Positions 50,126 to 51,904 of a DNA stretch of 51,904 bases are shown piece by piece. A program made the translations under genes and the position numbers. Source of the DNA: Octopus sinensis (Eukaryota); NCBI RefSeq assembly GCF_006345805.1, contig NW_021834550.1:1-51904 (forward strand), read 5' to 3'. The notes under the pieces were generated by a model that worked only from the letters and a program-made list of their open reading frames with translations, was not told the DNA's origin and made no database searches. Numbering within the stretch: position 1 is the first letter of the stretch; each line of letters starts with the position of its first letter.

Positions 50126-50355
50126 AATTCCAGCGTGGAAGGTGTTTGTAAGCCATTTAAAAAACGCACAAGAATCGTTAGCTTCACTTCAACATTTAAA
50201 TTTAATTTGTGTCAGCACGAAATTTTGTCAGTGAACAGGTCGCGGTTTCAAAGTGACGAAAATATTTTGACAAAAATTAAGTTAAATGTTGAAGTGAATC
50301 TAACGGTGTTTGTGTGTTTTTTTAATGGTTTATAAACACCTTCCACACTGCAATT
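50126..50355. repeat. Foldback with ~88-bp arms (50126-50214 / 50268-50355)
   Basis: GTGGAAGGTGTTTGTAAGCCATT...CGTTAGCTTCACTTCAACATTTAA is mirrored by TTAAATGTTGAAGTGAATCTAACG...AATGGTTTATAAACACCTTCCAC. Confidence 0.9.
50223..50275 (+). ncRNA. Candidate variant hammerhead with G3/C8-swapped core
   Basis: TTTTGTCA GTGAACA G GTCGC ggtttcaaa GTGAC GAAA A TA T T T TGACAAAA. Helix I has 8 bp, helix II has 5 bp, helix III is the palindrome AATATT, and the core reads GUGAACA instead of CUGANGA. Confidence 0.5.
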
Positions 50356-50356
50356 G

Positions 50357-50580
50357 TGTCCCCATTGTGCCGACTGCTTCATCTCGGGCAAGGACGATGT
50401 ACTGCAATAGCTTGGGTTTCAAGGGCCCACAACTGTCTAACTGTCTGCCGAAGAATCTGAGGAGCCTCCATGGAGTAGATGTAGACGTTTTCAAACGTGA
50501 ACTTGACCTCTGGCTCGCCGAGATCCCGGATGAGCCAATATCTAAGCAAGAGACCCAAAAGAGGGCAGTAGCATCGAACT
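50357..50580 (+). mobile_element. CR1-like LINE ORF2 C-terminal fragment
   Basis: RTMYCNSLGFKGPQLSNCLPKNLRSLHGVDVDVFKRELDLWLAEIPDEP...RAVASN matches the GP.LFN.LP..LR......FK..LD..L..VPDEP pattern. Confidence 0.7.
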
Positions 50581-50588
50581 TCAATAAA

Positions 50589-50676
50589 CACTCACAACGC
50601 CCAGTTTGGAAATCGAAACTGCGATCCCACGACCGCTAGTCCGCTGCCCTAACCACTTGGCCATTGCACCTCCACA
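50589..50676 (-). mobile_element. Head of the tRNA-Arg-like SINE
   Basis: Minus strand GGAGGTGCAATGGCCAAGTGGTTAGGGCAGCGGACTAGCGGTCGTGGGATCGCAGTTTCGATTTCC. Confidence 0.75.
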
Positions 50677-50984
50677 TGGTAGTAATAAGCAGATGAGCAT
50701 GGAGGGAGCGGTGTTGCAATGCTGATGTTGGTGTTTTTGCATAACCCCAGGTTAGCCTTGATTGAAGCAGATCTATGATCAAAAATATTCCAGTTATGAC
50801 CACTCTGTCATCTGGCTTTTCTAAGGAATACATAGAATCATATTATCTATTATTGTCACTTTTTAGCTGTACACGATGGTTTTTATGGATGCGATGGTGG
50901 TGGTATGATAGAGTTATTGTTGGTAATGATGATGATTGCAGAGGTGATGGAAGGATTGGTGAAGACTTTGGTAAGGTAATGCCG

Positions 50985-51300
50985 ATGGTGGTGATGGTGG
51001 TGGCAATGATGGTATCGATGATGGTGGTGGTGGTGATGATGGTGGCGGTGATGGTGGTGGTGATGCTGGTGGTGATGCTGGTGGAGGCGACGGTGGTGAT
51101 GATGGTGATGATGATGGTGGTGGTGGTGGCGATGAATGTTGCGGTGATGGTGATGATGGTGGTGGGGATGGTGATGATGGGGACAATAATGGTGGTGGTG
51201 ATGGCGGTGGCGATGATGATGGTGATGATAGTGGTGATGATGGCGGCGATGATGGTGGTGATGATTATGGTGGTGGTGATGATGGTGGTGATGTTGGTAA
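50985..51300. repeat. (GGT/GAT)n low-complexity tract; complementary (CAC/CCA)n tract at 51665-51904
   Basis: Direct reading. Confidence 0.9.
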
Positions 51301-51904
51301 CAGTGTTGGGGGTAGAATTAGCATAGGTTCCAGTATGGTAGAATCGATGGTGGTAACAGGGGGTTGTAAAGTATGTATTTGGTGTGGGGGTGTGTTGACG
51401 AATAGTATGAAATGGTGGTGGGGAGGGTTTGTATTTTAGTTTCCTTTACTTTCAACTGGAACCATCTGTGAACTGAACGGATAAGTAACATGCTTCCAGG
51501 GATAAAGGAGCGAATAGAGCCATCCTTCCCGCTCCCCATCCACCCGGTCCACCCCCATTCGCCACCCCACTTCCAATAGTCTCTGTACCTTTCGTTAGTT
51601 GTAAATTGTTGACCATGCAGAAGCAGAGTCACTCGAAATAAAAAAGAAAAGAATTGGCACTACGTACCACCAGCACCACCACCATCACCACCGCCGCCAC
51701 CACACTGTCACTAAGAACAACACCATTGCCACCATCACACCGTCGCAGCTACCAACATCATCACCGCCACCACCACACCACCACCACCACCACCACAACC
51801 ACAACCACCACAATCACTATAACGACGACGACGACGAACGACCACCACCACCACCACCAACACCGCCAAGAACAACACCATTCCACCATCACACCATCAC
51901 AACT

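Overview
Eukaryotic, repeat-saturated non-coding DNA, either intergenic or inside a large intron. The SINE families and the extreme (TA)n/(CA)n/(TAGA)n/(TAA)n microsatellite load point to an octopod cephalopod (Octopus sp.); this is inference from recalled repeat families, not a search. No intact host gene is visible, and almost all ORFs in the six-frame track are microsatellite artefacts. Recognisable coding remnants all come from transposons: a Tx1/L1 ORF2 3' end, RTE fragments (one with three C-terminal C2H2 fingers), R4/Dong-type fragments, a CR1-like 3' end, a Tc1 copy with both TIRs, an internally deleted mariner and a non-autonomous Helitron. At least four tRNA-headed SINE families are present; one forms 184-bp head-to-tail arrays. 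The most notable signal is three different minimal type I hammerhead ribozyme motifs with palindromic helix III, each next to inverted (foldback) repeats as expected for Penelope-like elements. One has a canonical core (11634-11736), one lies inside a tRNA-headed SINE-like element present twice (15359-16357 and 37712-38055), and one has a G3/C8-swapped core (50223-50275). A ~540-bp non-coding element (4 copies) sits at (TAA)n tracts seeded by other SINEs. All alignments and folds were done by eye, so coordinates of degraded repeats are approximate.
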